Counted from the stretch's first letter, positions 19,590 through 29,313 are shown. The stretch is DNA of 64,000 nt from an uncultured Acidobacteriota bacterium (GCA_913043225.1 CAJWLU010000002.1:64001-128000); one strand, 5' to 3'. The notes: generated by a model from the letters alone, not told the origin. Translations and numbers: made by a program.

Positions 19590-20732
19590 ATGTCTACCGA
19601 CGTGCTGATGCCTCAAATGGGCGAGTCGATTGCCGAGGGGACGGTTGTGCGGTGGATCAAGAAGGTGGGCGAAACTGTCGACCGCGACGAGCCCTTATTC
19701 GAGATCTCCACCGACAAGGTTGACGCCGAGGTTCCATCGCCTCAGGGCGGGGTGCTGCTGCAGATCCGCACCGAGGTTGGCGAGACCGTGCCGATCGACA
19801 CCGTAGTAGCCGTCATAGGTGAGGCCGGCGAGCAGGTGCCGTCCGCCGAGCGCGCGCCGCCCACCCCTGCGGCCGTATCTGCAACCCAGGGCGGCTCGGC
19901 GGCCGGCCCGCGGAGCTCCGGCGGCGCGCGGCGCTTGTCTCCCGTTGTGCGCCGGCTGGCGGCCGAGTACGGGGTTGACCTGGATTCGCTCCGAGGTACG
20001 GGGGACGGCGGTCGCATCACCAAGACCGACGTGCTGGCCTCGGTCCAGAGCGGCGCGCCGCCCGCCACCGTGCAGGTGGCACGCGCCGAGCCGATGAGCG
20101 TCATGCGCCGGCAGATTGCGCAGCACATGGTGCTAAGCCGCCGTACCGCGGCGCATGTCCACACCATTTTCGAGGTGGACTTCACGGAGGTGTCGGTCCG
20201 ACGACAGGCCGCCGAGCCACGTCCCACCTATCTGGCCTACATCGCCGACGCTGTCGCTCGGACGCTGTCCGAGATGCCGGTGATCAATGCCTCGGTGGAG
20301 GGCGATTCGGTCGTTTCCCACGACCACGTCAACTTGGGCATCGCGGTGGCGCTCGACTGGGGACTCATCGTGCCGGTGGTCAAGGATGCCGACCGGATGA
20401 CCGTGAGCCAGCTCGACTTGGCGATTTCGGATCTGGCCACTCGCGCCCGGAGCAAGCAACTCTCGCCGGATGACGTGGCGGAGGGAACCTTCACCATCAC
20501 GAACCCGGGCGGCTTCGGTTCGATCGCCGGGCTCCCGATTATCAATCATCCCCAGTCGGCTATTCTCTGTGTAGGCGCGATCGAGAAGCGTCCCGCTGTG
20601 GTGGACAACGCGGTGTTATCACGGCTTCGCTCCTATCTGACTCTCGGCTTCGATCACCGTCTGATCGACGGGTCGGTCGCGGATCAGTTCCTGGCCGCGA
20701 TCAAGCAGAAGCTGGAGGCCGGCGCCGAGTGA
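19590..20732 (+). CDS. 2-oxoacid dehydrogenase E2 (dihydrolipoamide acyltransferase)
   Basis: Lipoyl domain STDKVD, E3-binding GTG.GGRITK.D, catalytic DHRLIDG. Confidence 0.9.
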   Translation: MSTDVLMPQMGESIAEGTVVRWIKKVGETVDRDEPLFEISTDKVDAEVPSPQGGVLLQIRTEVGETVPIDTVVAVIGEAGEQVPSAERAPPTPAAVSATQGGSAAGPRSSGGARRLSPVVRRLAAEYGVDLDSLRGTGDGGRITKTDVLASVQSGAPPATVQVARAEPMSVMRRQIAQHMVLSRRTAAHVHTIFEVDFTEVSVRRQAAEPRPTYLAYIADAVARTLSEMPVINASVEGDSVVSHDHVNLGIAVALDWGLIVPVVKDADRMTVSQLDLAISDLATRARSKQLSPDDVAEGTFTITNPGGFGSIAGLPIINHPQSAILCVGAIEKRPAVVDNAVLSRLRSYLTLGFDHRLIDGSVADQFLAAIKQKLEAGAE

Positions 20733-21445
20733 CCTCGGAACCAGGCCGGCTAGAGGTGCGCAAGCTCGGTCAAGTGCCCTACTTGAAAGCGATCGACGGG
20801 CAGCGGCGGCTTGTTGAGGCACGGAAGCGGGACGAAATACCCGATCAGCTCCTTCTGTTAGAGCATCCCTCGGTCATCACCGTCGGAGTCAGTGGCCGAC
20901 GGCATCGAGAAAATCTGCTGGCTTCTCCCGCCGAGCTTGCTCGGCGGAACATCGACCTGCTCGAGGTCTCCCGTGGAGGCGATGTCACCTATCACGGCCC
21001 GGGCCAGCTCGTCGGCTATCCCATCCTGGACCTGAAGCCGGATCGCTGCGACGTCCATCGCTACGTTCGTGACCTCGAAGAGGCGTTGATGCGAACCGTT
21101 GCGCGTTTTGGTGTGACGGCCGGTCGGGTGCACGGGCTGACCGGCATCTGGGTGGGAAACGAGAAGCTGGCTGCTATCGGGGTCCGGTTGTCCAGGTGGG
21201 TGACGAGTCATGGCTTCGCGCTCAACGTCACGACCCAGCTTGATGCGTTCGAGTTGATCGTGCCATGCGGAATTCGGGGCCGTGGGGTGACTTCACTCGA
21301 GCGTCTCCTCGGCGCTCCGCCTGCGTGGTCCGACCTCGAAGCTGCTGCGGCTGAGGAACTGGCCGTCTGTTTCGAGCGCTCCATTGTTTCCTCCGCCGTG
21401 TCGGAGAACAGCACCGCTGCCCGTCTATGGGCCACCCGGGAATAA
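20729..21445 (+). CDS. lipB: Octanoyltransferase
   Basis: LLEHP, RGGDVTYHGPGQLVGYP, KLAAIG, HGFALN, PCG. Confidence 0.92.
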   Translation: MTSEPGRLEVRKLGQVPYLKAIDGQRRLVEARKRDEIPDQLLLLEHPSVITVGVSGRRHRENLLASPAELARRNIDLLEVSRGGDVTYHGPGQLVGYPILDLKPDRCDVHRYVRDLEEALMRTVARFGVTAGRVHGLTGIWVGNEKLAAIGVRLSRWVTSHGFALNVTTQLDAFELIVPCGIRGRGVTSLERLLGAPPAWSDLEAAAAEELAVCFERSIVSSAVSENSTAARLWATRE

Positions 21446-21482
21446 CCGGCTCCCCTCCTCCGGTGTTTTACGGAGGAAGACG

Positions 21483-21945
21483 ATGCAGGAGAGCAGAGGC
21501 GACTAGGCACGGGTGCAGAGGCTCCACGATGGAGAGGCCTCCGCGGTCGCCGAGCTGTAATCGGTCTAGGGCGTTCGCATCTACCAGCTGGCCTTTCGCT
21601 CCATCAAGAATCGGGAAGACGCCGAGGAAGTTACTCAGGACTGCTGCTGCGAGTCTTCAGCCAGGTCGACGCGTTTTTCGGGGATGTCGCATTGTCATCC
21701 TGGATTAACGGATCACGTTCGATACGGCGATGTCGAGGTCCCGCAGTTTGACGCGCTGGTGGCCGGTCGAGCTGCTGGGTGAGCCGCCAGAGATCTACCG
21801 CGCCGCGGTGCTTTCTTGGGATGTACAGGGGCTGTCGACGATGAGGCCAGCGCAGTGCTCCGCAGACCCTCAAGTGTGGTTCCACCGTGGCCGCCCGGTG
21901 CTGCGCGAGCGGATGTCGAATCTTGCCGCCGATCTCGCAATGTAG
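21483..21945 (+). pseudogene. Decayed ECF sigma-70 factor
   Basis: GGAGG RBS and ATG 21483; three in-frame stops; RIYQLAFRSIKNREDAEEVTQD and F.GD.ALSSWI (region 2), PEIYRAAV..WDVQGLST...HRGR..LRE (region 4) across frameshifts. Confidence 0.8.
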
Positions 21946-21973
21946 TCGTCAGCTTGAAGGTCACCACGTGCCG

Positions 21974-22822
21974 CTAGGTGGAGAGCGAGCGTTCGAGTTC
22001 CACCTGTTCGCGCTGACTGAGAGAAGGTTCCACCTCGCTTTCGATGCCGTAGGGACCGACGCGAACCGGCACTGCGGTTGCCTCCATGGCCGGTACCCCG
22101 CCGGTCGGTCTCGCAACGAAACAACTGAAAGTTCGTTCTGATCCGGAGAGTATCGCGCTGATGAGCGATACCGCGGCCGCGGCCAGTGTGTACGGGCCCG
22201 GCGGCCAGAGCCGGGCAGCGCGTTGACGCAACTGTTGGAGCCGTGGGGGCGACAGCGCCTGCTCCAGCGCTTTGCCGCCCGCGGTGGCATGACTCCAGCC
22301 GATGACTGGATGTGCCGGTGGAGCACCGACGACGCTTACGGCGACCTGGGAGGGTGATGTCCCGGTCTCAAGGGCGGTAATCGCCTGCAGCGCTGAGCTG
22401 AAGCCGACCGGCGCTGAGCCGATCACCCGGCGTGGCGCGATGCCGACCGTCTCCACCGCGTGAGCCACGAGCGACCTATGGCCGGCTCCTGCCAGCACGA
22501 GTGGCGCCCGTCGCACGAGGCCGGCCGCCTGCTCGAGCCAGTGGGTCGCTTCGTCTCTCGTCCAGTCTCCATCGGGGCGCTCGGCCGGGTCGGCTAGTAC
22601 CACTGTCGATGCGCCGATCACCTCGTCGAACTGAGCGCCGGAGACCCGTGTGTCGAATCGTTCCACTGGTCCCGCTTGGTTGATATCGAGTGCCTTGCCC
22701 GCGGCGATACCGGCCGCCGGGTCGATGAGGAGCACACGCGTCGCCTGGTCGGTGGCCGCGAACCGGTAAGCCAATGCGCCTCCGAGGGTGCCGGCTCCGA
22801 CGATGGCAATGGTGGTCGGCAT
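21974..22822 (-). CDS. Divergent lactate/malate dehydrogenase-like protein lacking catalytic residues
   Basis: IAIVGAGTLG and G.A.GKALDI.QA MDH N-terminus, RRVIG, PV.VG..GI; probable start 22822. Confidence 0.7.
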   Translation of the reverse strand: MPTTIAIVGAGTLGGALAYRFAATDQATRVLLIDPAAGIAAGKALDINQAGPVERFDTRVSGAQFDEVIGASTVVLADPAERPDGDWTRDEATHWLEQAAGLVRRAPLVLAGAGHRSLVAHAVETVGIAPRRVIGSAPVGFSSALQAITALETGTSPSQVAVSVVGAPPAHPVIGWSHATAGGKALEQALSPPRLQQLRQRAARLWPPGPYTLAAAAVSLISAILSGSERTFSCFVARPTGGVPAMEATAVPVRVGPYGIESEVEPSLSQREQVELERSLST

Positions 22823-22972
22823 CTGCTTCTTCCATGGGGCTTCGCCCCAAATGGCAGTCCCTGCGCTTTCTCTCGGGACTGCGTTCACTCGCAGGCTCAT
22901 TGTGCAGTAGCCTGCCAGCTGTGGGCCCACCGGGGTGGGCCGGTTCTCAGACTAAGATATCAGGCTACCGCT

Positions 22973-23692
22973 ATGGGGCAGATGCCGCTATCAGAACGCG
23001 TCGCCATTGTCACCGGTGGGTCCAGGGGCATCGGGCTCGCTACCGCTGCGGCGCTCCACGAGGCTGGCGCCGCCGTCATGATCTGTGGTCGCTCCGTCGA
23101 GGCTCTGACGGAAGCGGCCTCCGGCTTGGTCGGTGGAGCACCAGTGGCGACGGCGCAGGCTGATCTCCAGCAGCAGGACGAGGCGGAACGGGTCGTGCGG
23201 GCCACGCTCGACGAGCTTGGCGGACTCGACATCTTGATTAACAACGCGGGCGTCGGGCGGTTCGGGCCGCTCAGCCAGCTGTCGCTCGACGACTGGCAGC
23301 AGACCATTGGCACCAACCTGTCGGGCGTGTTCTATTGCTGCCGCGCCGCCGTTCCTATCATGAGAGAGCGCGGCGGAGGGTGGATCATCAACGTGAGCAG
23401 CCTGGCCGGTAAGCATCCGTTCGCGGGCGGAGCCGCCTATTGCGCTTCCAAAGCGGGACTTAACGCTCTGACCGAGTCGCTGATGCAGGATGTCCGGCGT
23501 GACGGCATCCGGGTGAGTGCGGTGCTGCCCGGCTCGGTCAATACGCGATTCGGCGGACATGGTCCGGATCCGGCTGCGGACTGGAAGCTTGCGCCGGAGG
23601 ACGTGGCGCAGGTTATCGTTGATTTACTGGCGCATGAGCCTCGCAGCCTGCCAAGCCGGGTAGAGCTCCGTCCGTCCAGTCCACCCAGGTAA
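22973..23692 (+). CDS. SDR family oxidoreductase
   Basis: TGGSRGIG, NNAG, YCASK. Confidence 0.9.
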   Translation: MGQMPLSERVAIVTGGSRGIGLATAAALHEAGAAVMICGRSVEALTEAASGLVGGAPVATAQADLQQQDEAERVVRATLDELGGLDILINNAGVGRFGPLSQLSLDDWQQTIGTNLSGVFYCCRAAVPIMRERGGGWIINVSSLAGKHPFAGGAAYCASKAGLNALTESLMQDVRRDGIRVSAVLPGSVNTRFGGHGPDPAADWKLAPEDVAQVIVDLLAHEPRSLPSRVELRPSSPPR

Positions 23693-23730
23693 GCGCATTA
23701 GCGGGTCGGTTCAACGGTATATCGGAATGG

Positions 23731-24060
23731 CTCGGGAGCTACCATCTGCTGACGCGTTCGGCCAGGGGGCCCTGGGACCTATCTATCTGGCTGCTGCCAA
23801 CTGAGACCAACGCCGCGGTACCGGACGAGCTCGACCGAATCGTGACGCCGGTCACCGTCGAGGCGCCAGATAACCGGCATCAGAACTCGTTGTCTGCGGA
23901 ACTTTGGAGCGTCGCGGTGGTCCTGGACGTCAGGAGCGGTGACAAGGAGCCACCAGCCAGGGCAACTTCGGTGGCGGTCGGAGGTGAGGCGCTGTAGGGC
24001 TGGATAGCCGGAGTCGCCGGGCTGGTCCTCGTCCTGCTGCTCTGGTGGTTATTCAGTTAG
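23731..24060 (+). pseudogene. Ser/Thr protein kinase remnant with a large internal deletion
   Basis: LGSYHLL/DAFGQGALGPIYLA (subdomain I, frameshifted) joined to N.AVPDELDRIV......P.NRHQ....AEL (subdomain XI), then TAG at 23995 and a C-terminal TM. Confidence 0.65.
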
Positions 24061-24075
24061 CCACCCGCGGGGAAG

Positions 24076-24369
24076 TCAGTCTACCGAGACGATCAGCTCG
24101 ACCCGGCCGGTTCGAAGCAGGTCTCCAGGACGAAGTGTGGCACGCTCGATCTTGCGTCCATTGACGAACGTGCCGTTCGTGCTTCCCAGGTTCTCCACCA
24201 CTAGCTCGCCATCAGCGACGAGCAGCCGGCAGTGCAGGCGGGACACCAGCGTGGCGTCGAGGATGAAGTCTGCCCGTGGTCCACGTCCTAAGGTGCGGAC
24301 CAGACCGGGCGTCATCCGGAAGGTGTAGGGGCCTCCCTCGGCATCCTCACTCGAGTTCAGTAACCACAT
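24076..24369 (-). CDS. FHA domain protein
   Basis: GR, VSRLH, LGSTNGTFVNG. Confidence 0.9.
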   Translation of the reverse strand: MWLLNSSEDAEGGPYTFRMTPGLVRTLGRGPRADFILDATLVSRLHCRLLVADGELVVENLGSTNGTFVNGRKIERATLRPGDLLRTGRVELIVSVD

Positions 24370-24372
24370 CTA

Positions 24373-26037
24373 CTAACGTTCCCGAGGACGGTCAAGCCAT
24401 TCGAGCAGCCGGTCGATGAACTGCTGACTGATCGACTGTCGTTCGAGGCTCAGGTATTCGGCATCGCCGACGTCGCCACGCTCGATCATCAAGTGGTCGA
24501 GTCCTTCGAGGACCACGAGATCGGAAGAGACGTTTCTCCCGCGCGCGTTGGCGATCTCGAGGAGATGGTCGGTGTGGTGCTCCCCGAACCGTCGATCGAG
24601 CGAACCACGCATGAGTAGGGTCGGCTGTCGCACCCGATCAAGGGCTTCGGCCACGTCGAACTCAAGGAAACTCCGGAACGCTGCGTTGTCGGCCTGGCGG
24701 CGCATGTCCCGAGGCACTCCTTCCCAGTCGCCCTCGTCCAGCACGGCTTGATGAATGCGTCGTTGCAGCGCGATTTTCTCCAGGCTTTCGCTGGCTGAGG
24801 AGCCGATCCGTTCCAGTTCGGTTTGCTGTTGTTCGAGGACAAGCTCCGCACCGGAGGTGCCTGGCGAGCCGACTAGCACCAGAGCATCGGTCCGGCGTTC
24901 GCGATCCGCGATCACCATTGCCGCCCATCCGCCCTCGGCGTAGCCCAGCACGGCGATCCGGTCCTCGTCGACGTCGTCGCGGCGATCGAGAAAACGCACC
25001 ATCGTACGCCCATCATCGCCATAGGCCTCGAACCCGGCGGATTCGGACCGCCCCCCACTCTGTCCGACGCCTCGCCGGTCGTAGCGCGCCACGAGGAATC
25101 CGGCGTCGGCCAGCGCGCCGGCCAGCTGGCCCAGTACCGGAATACCAGAGACTGTGCCGTCGCGGTCGGCGCCGCCGGCGCCAGGCACGAGCAATACCGC
25201 CGGCCACCCTTTTTCTGGCGGTGTCTGGTTCACCGGGGTGGTGATGGTGGCCGCCAGCGCGAATCCTTCCGAGCGTACCCGGATCTCCTCGTCACCGGGG
25301 TGACTGGTCCGGCGGATGCGGGTGTCGACGGTCGAGATGTCCTCGCGAGCGACGTCAATGCCTGCGTCGGGAATCGTCACTCTGAGCAGACGGTGGTTCG
25401 GGTCGGTCCAGACCTCAAGCAGCAACGGGCGGTTGTCGTAGAGGAACGACACGCGATGTACCAGAGCTTCTATCAACGTCGTGCCGCTCTGAATCTGTTG
25501 CGGCAGGATTTGTTCAACTCTGGCTTGGATACTGCCCTGTGGCGCGACATAGACAGGGATCAGATCGCCGCGGTTGGCACCCGCCAGTCGGATGGAGAGC
25601 GCTTCGAACCCGCCGAAGAAGTAGTTCGGCAAAACCACCGAGCCAGGTGTCAGCGCGTCGGTGTGGTTACGCGTCTCACCCGATTCCTCGACCTCGTTGA
25701 CCGCTCCCTCCGCTTCGAACTGGGTGATTAGCGAGAACGGGGCGCTCGAACGATACCCCATGATCCGTAGACTGTGGGGACGCCACTGTTCGTCGTAGTG
25801 CACCTCGAAAAGCTGGTTCTGGAGGTCGATCGGCTGGCTGAGGTCGCCGCGCGACCTAATCACCCAGCCCTGGGGGCCGCGAGCCACCTCGATCTGTTCG
25901 AATCCGATCGGATCGGAGCGGAAAAAGACGTTGAATGTGGCGGCGCTGGGAGTGACTTCGATCGCCGGCTGAGCCAGGGCCGCCTGCACCGTCAAGAGTT
26001 GGAGGCCGAGAGTACAATACCCAGCGAAGCGCAACAC
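24373..26037 (-). CDS. Secreted alpha/beta-fold hydrolase with N-terminal beta domain; nucleophile motif GYAEG
   Basis: Signal peptide; RYDRRGVGQSGG, GYAEGG, G.LD, GLDH. Confidence 0.75.
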   Translation of the reverse strand: MLRFAGYCTLGLQLLTVQAALAQPAIEVTPSAATFNVFFRSDPIGFEQIEVARGPQGWVIRSRGDLSQPIDLQNQLFEVHYDEQWRPHSLRIMGYRSSAPFSLITQFEAEGAVNEVEESGETRNHTDALTPGSVVLPNYFFGGFEALSIRLAGANRGDLIPVYVAPQGSIQARVEQILPQQIQSGTTLIEALVHRVSFLYDNRPLLLEVWTDPNHRLLRVTIPDAGIDVAREDISTVDTRIRRTSHPGDEEIRVRSEGFALAATITTPVNQTPPEKGWPAVLLVPGAGGADRDGTVSGIPVLGQLAGALADAGFLVARYDRRGVGQSGGRSESAGFEAYGDDGRTMVRFLDRRDDVDEDRIAVLGYAEGGWAAMVIADRERRTDALVLVGSPGTSGAELVLEQQQTELERIGSSASESLEKIALQRRIHQAVLDEGDWEGVPRDMRRQADNAAFRSFLEFDVAEALDRVRQPTLLMRGSLDRRFGEHHTDHLLEIANARGRNVSSDLVVLEGLDHLMIERGDVGDAEYLSLERQSISQQFIDRLLEWLDRPRER

Positions 26038-26094
26038 CGGACGAGCATATCACTCCGTTTCGGTCGTTCGCAGCGTGCTCCGTCGGACAAGAGA

Positions 26095-27105
26095 ATGGCG
26101 ACCGATTCCCCGTACCTGGCAGCCCGAGGCGCTGCCGCGCTCCTTGACCTTACCGATCGCGGACGGCTCCTGGTCACGGGTGCCGACAGCGCGTCGTACT
26201 TGCAGGGGCTTCTGACAAACGACATCGAGGCCCTGAAGACAGGTCAAGGCTGCTATGCGGCCCATCTGACCCCGCAAGGACGGATGATCACCGACATGGG
26301 CGTGATGCGGCTCGGTGACGGGATTTTGCTCGACGTGGATGATTCGGTGACCGACATGTTGCGCGATCGTCTCGAGGAGTTCATCTTCGCTGAAGAGGTC
26401 ACGGTAGACGACCTGTCCCGCGTCTGGACCGCGCTGGCGTGCTGTGGCCCTGAGGCTGCCGGCCTCCTGGCCGATCTACTCGACAGCGAGGGCGGGCTCG
26501 ACGCGGAGCAACTCCAGGCCTTGGTAGAGTACGCGCACGTTGCCGCCAAGGCAGACGGTGTCGACGTGGTCGTAGCCGCAACGAGCGCCTTCGGGGTCCC
26601 TGGTTTCATCCTTTACCTGGAGACCGAGGCGGGCCGTGTGCTCGTCCGGCGCCTCGCCGAGCGGGGAGCGGCTCGGCTCTCGGCGGACGATGCCGATCTG
26701 TTGAGGATAGAGGCGGGGCGGCCGAAATTTCCGGCCGAACTCGGTCCGGACGTGATACCGCTCGAAGCCGGGATCGAAGACCGGGCCATCAGTATGACCA
26801 AGGGCTGCTACGTGGGCCAGGAGGTCATCGTTCGCATCTTGCATCGTGGCGGCGGACGGGTGGCCAGGCGCCTGGTCGGTCTGCGGTTCGACGATGAGGC
26901 CGAGGCTGGCGTCTTGCTGGTCGCCGATGGTGGTAAGGCTGGCCCAGATACGGTTGGGTCGGTGACGTCGGTGGCCCGAACGGCCGGCGACGGCCCCCGC
27001 ATCGGACTCGGTTATGTCAAGCGGGAGCTGGCCGAGGTTGGCACCCGTCTGCGCACTGTCGAGGCTGGCCATGGGGTGACGGTAGCGGCCCTGCCGTTCA
27101 CTTAG
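26095..27105 (+). CDS. ygfZ: Folate-binding YgfZ/GcvT family protein
   Basis: YLQGLLTND and KGCYVGQE signature. Confidence 0.85.
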   Translation: MATDSPYLAARGAAALLDLTDRGRLLVTGADSASYLQGLLTNDIEALKTGQGCYAAHLTPQGRMITDMGVMRLGDGILLDVDDSVTDMLRDRLEEFIFAEEVTVDDLSRVWTALACCGPEAAGLLADLLDSEGGLDAEQLQALVEYAHVAAKADGVDVVVAATSAFGVPGFILYLETEAGRVLVRRLAERGAARLSADDADLLRIEAGRPKFPAELGPDVIPLEAGIEDRAISMTKGCYVGQEVIVRILHRGGGRVARRLVGLRFDDEAEAGVLLVADGGKAGPDTVGSVTSVARTAGDGPRIGLGYVKRELAEVGTRLRTVEAGHGVTVAALPFT

Positions 27106-27505
27106 CCTGATTTGCCAGCTTCCTGATCAGCTCTTTGTCGGCGGGCGGGAAGGAAAGCGTGGTCAGCTCGTCCCGCTTCACCCACCGCAGCTCCTGGCCC
27201 TGTTGCGGAGTCGGCACCCCTTTGGGCCGGCTAGCGTAAAAACTGAGTTCCACTCGCCGATCGGGATAGCTGAAGTTGCTCCGATGGAGCAGCGGTCCGA
27301 CTTCGATCTCGACCGCCAGCTCCTCTCTCAGCTCCCTGATAAGGGCTTCGGTTGGGTCTTCTCCCGGTTCGATCTTCCCGCCAGGGAATTCCCAGTAGCC
27401 TGCCAGGTGGGTGCCCTCGGGACGCGTTGTGATGCAGATTCGGCCGTGTTCTTCGAGTACGGCGGCTACCACCGTCACTATCTTCGGCTCGGCGCTTTGG
27501 TTCAC
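27098..27505 (-). CDS. mutT: MutT-like NUDIX (d)NTP pyrophosphohydrolase
   Basis: WEFPGGKIEPGE....ALIRELREEL and FPPAD. Confidence 0.8.
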   Translation of the reverse strand: MNQSAEPKIVTVVAAVLEEHGRICITTRPEGTHLAGYWEFPGGKIEPGEDPTEALIRELREELAVEIEVGPLLHRSNFSYPDRRVELSFYASRPKGVPTPQQGQELRWVKRDELTTLSFPPADKELIRKLANQAK

Positions 27506-28227
27506 GACGTTGGGCCTTCGAGGTCCGGGTTGAAGGGGTAGGCGCGGCAGATGGCGCGCATCGGGCAGACGAGACAGCGCGGACTGCGCGCTACGCAGAC
27601 GAGTGCACCGAGGTCCATAAGAGCTTGATTGAAGTCGAACACGTCACGTCGAGGGAGCAGTGCCTCGGACATTGCCCAGATACGTTTCTCCATAACGGTA
27701 GTTTTCCGGTCGCCTCGTCCTACGAATACCCGGAAGAGGACCCGCGCAACGTTCGTGTCGACGATAGCGGCCCTGCGCCCGAACGCGAAGCTTTGCACCG
27801 CGCCGACCGTGTAGGCACCGATGCCCTTGAAGGAGCGGAGTGTGGTCTCGTCCGACGGGAGTTCGCCCCCGTAGCGGGCGACCACCTCGCATGCGATTTC
27901 GTGCAGTCGTTGAGGACGAGCGTTGTAGCCGAGAGGACGCCAGGTGTCGGCCACTTCTTCGGGGGAGGCCGCGGCCAGCGCCTCGAGTGTCGGGTACTTC
28001 GAGAGCCACTCCTCGTACTTGGGAAGCACCCGGTCGACTTGGGTCTGCTGCAGCATTATCTCCGAGACGAGGACGCGGTACGGATCCCGTGTGCGGCGCC
28101 ACGGGAGGTCACGTCCGTTGCGTCGATACCAGCCCAGTAGACGCCGTCGGAACCGGCGTCGAAGGGGCGGTGCCGGTAGTTCCGGGAGGGCGGACAAGTT
28201 ACCAGACTGACCGGAAGAAGGCCCCAT
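27502..28227 (-). CDS. mutY: A/G-specific adenine glycosylase, catalytic domain only
   Basis: RDLPWR, SEIMLQQTQV, GIGAYT, VDTNV, NQALMDLG, C-x6-C-x2-C-x5-C. Confidence 0.85.
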   Translation of the reverse strand: MGPSSGQSGNLSALPELPAPPLRRRFRRRLLGWYRRNGRDLPWRRTRDPYRVLVSEIMLQQTQVDRVLPKYEEWLSKYPTLEALAAASPEEVADTWRPLGYNARPQRLHEIACEVVARYGGELPSDETTLRSFKGIGAYTVGAVQSFAFGRRAAIVDTNVARVLFRVFVGRGDRKTTVMEKRIWAMSEALLPRRDVFDFNQALMDLGALVCVARSPRCLVCPMRAICRAYPFNPDLEGPTS

Positions 28228-28250
28228 GAGCACGGCACTATAATCGACAT

Positions 28251-28784
28251 GTGAAGATCTATACCCGTACTGGAGATACCGGAGAGACCGGATTGCTCGA
28301 TGGTCGCCGCGTTTCGAAGGCGGCTCCGAGGGTCGACGCCTACGGCGAGGTCGACGAACTCAACGCGTGTCTCGGACTCCTTCTGAGCACCGGACTTCAG
28401 CCGGACCTGGTGGAAGTGCTGACGCGGGCGCAGCACCAGCTGTTCTCTTTGGGGGCCGAGCTAGCGGATCCGGGAGGCAACCTAGGTCAGAAGAAGGCGT
28501 CTGTCGCCCCGGAGGAGATCGCGGCGCTCGAGGAGGCAATAGACAAGTTGGAGAACGAGCTGCAGCCGCTACGTCGCTTCATCCTGCCGGGTGGGCATCC
28601 GTCCGCCGCTGCAGCACATCTTGCCCGCGCTGTCTGTCGCCGGGCGGAGCGGCGCATGACGGGCCTCGGTAATGGAGAGGTGTCGGCCGCGTCGCTTGCC
28701 TACGTCAATCGGCTGTCGGATCTGCTGTTCGTGATGGCCCGGACTCTCAACGTGCGTCAGGGAGTCACCGAACAGGAGTGGTAG
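28251..28784 (+). CDS. pduO: Cob(I)alamin adenosyltransferase, PduO type
   Basis: KIYTRTGD.GET, G.VDELN, FILPGG, RAVCRRAER, NRLSD. Confidence 0.9.
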   Translation: MKIYTRTGDTGETGLLDGRRVSKAAPRVDAYGEVDELNACLGLLLSTGLQPDLVEVLTRAQHQLFSLGAELADPGGNLGQKKASVAPEEIAALEEAIDKLENELQPLRRFILPGGHPSAAAAHLARAVCRRAERRMTGLGNGEVSAASLAYVNRLSDLLFVMARTLNVRQGVTEQEW

Positions 28785-29313
28785 CCAGGTCATCTTGCTG
28801 CTGAGCGGGGAGCGCGGCGTCGCGGCGTTCCATGTCGGTGCGGACGGCATCGAACACGGCGCGGGCCAGCTCCTGCGAGATCCGTTCGCGGACACTGCCG
28901 CACTCCACCATCACGTCACCCGCACTGCTGCGCAGCAACACGTCCCATCGGTCGTGGGCGATTCCTTCGGGCCGGTCAGCGAACGAGCCAGAGTCGCCTC
29001 CATCTTCGTCGTCGTGCCGCCGTGTCGTGTAGGAGACCAGCGGCGACCCGTTGATGAGCACGCGGACCAGACGCACGTCATCCCGAGGCACGGCCCGTTC
29101 GCCCCAGTAGTAGTAGGCTTTGTCGCACACGAATAACTCAAGACCTTCCTTCGTTGGAATCTCTGCGACCACCGTGCGACCCGATTCTTTCAGTGAACGA
29201 CGCTCGCGGTCCCGACTTCGCTGGTGATAGCGGAGGGTCGAGATCAACCCGAGCGCGAAGAGAAAGAGGCCGAGTGCCACCATGGCCGCGACGACATCGC
29301 GCATCCTAGCCAT
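28765..29313 (-). CDS. Hypothetical membrane-anchored protein
   Basis: N-terminal TM, coherent ORF filling the gap between pduO and hpnC; start may be 29304. Confidence 0.6.
   Translation of the reverse strand: MARMRDVVAAMVALGLFLFALGLISTLRYHQRSRDRERRSLKESGRTVVAEIPTKEGLELFVCDKAYYYWGERAVPRDDVRLVRVLINGSPLVSYTTRRHDDEDGGDSGSFADRPEGIAHDRWDVLLRSSAGDVMVECGSVRERISQELARAVFDAVRTDMERRDAALPAQQQDDLATTPVR

Noticed and set aside
22925..22940. GCCCAC-CGGG-GTGGGC inverted repeat between the MDH-like and SDR genes
   Set aside because: 6-bp GC arms are expected by chance; no second copy seen
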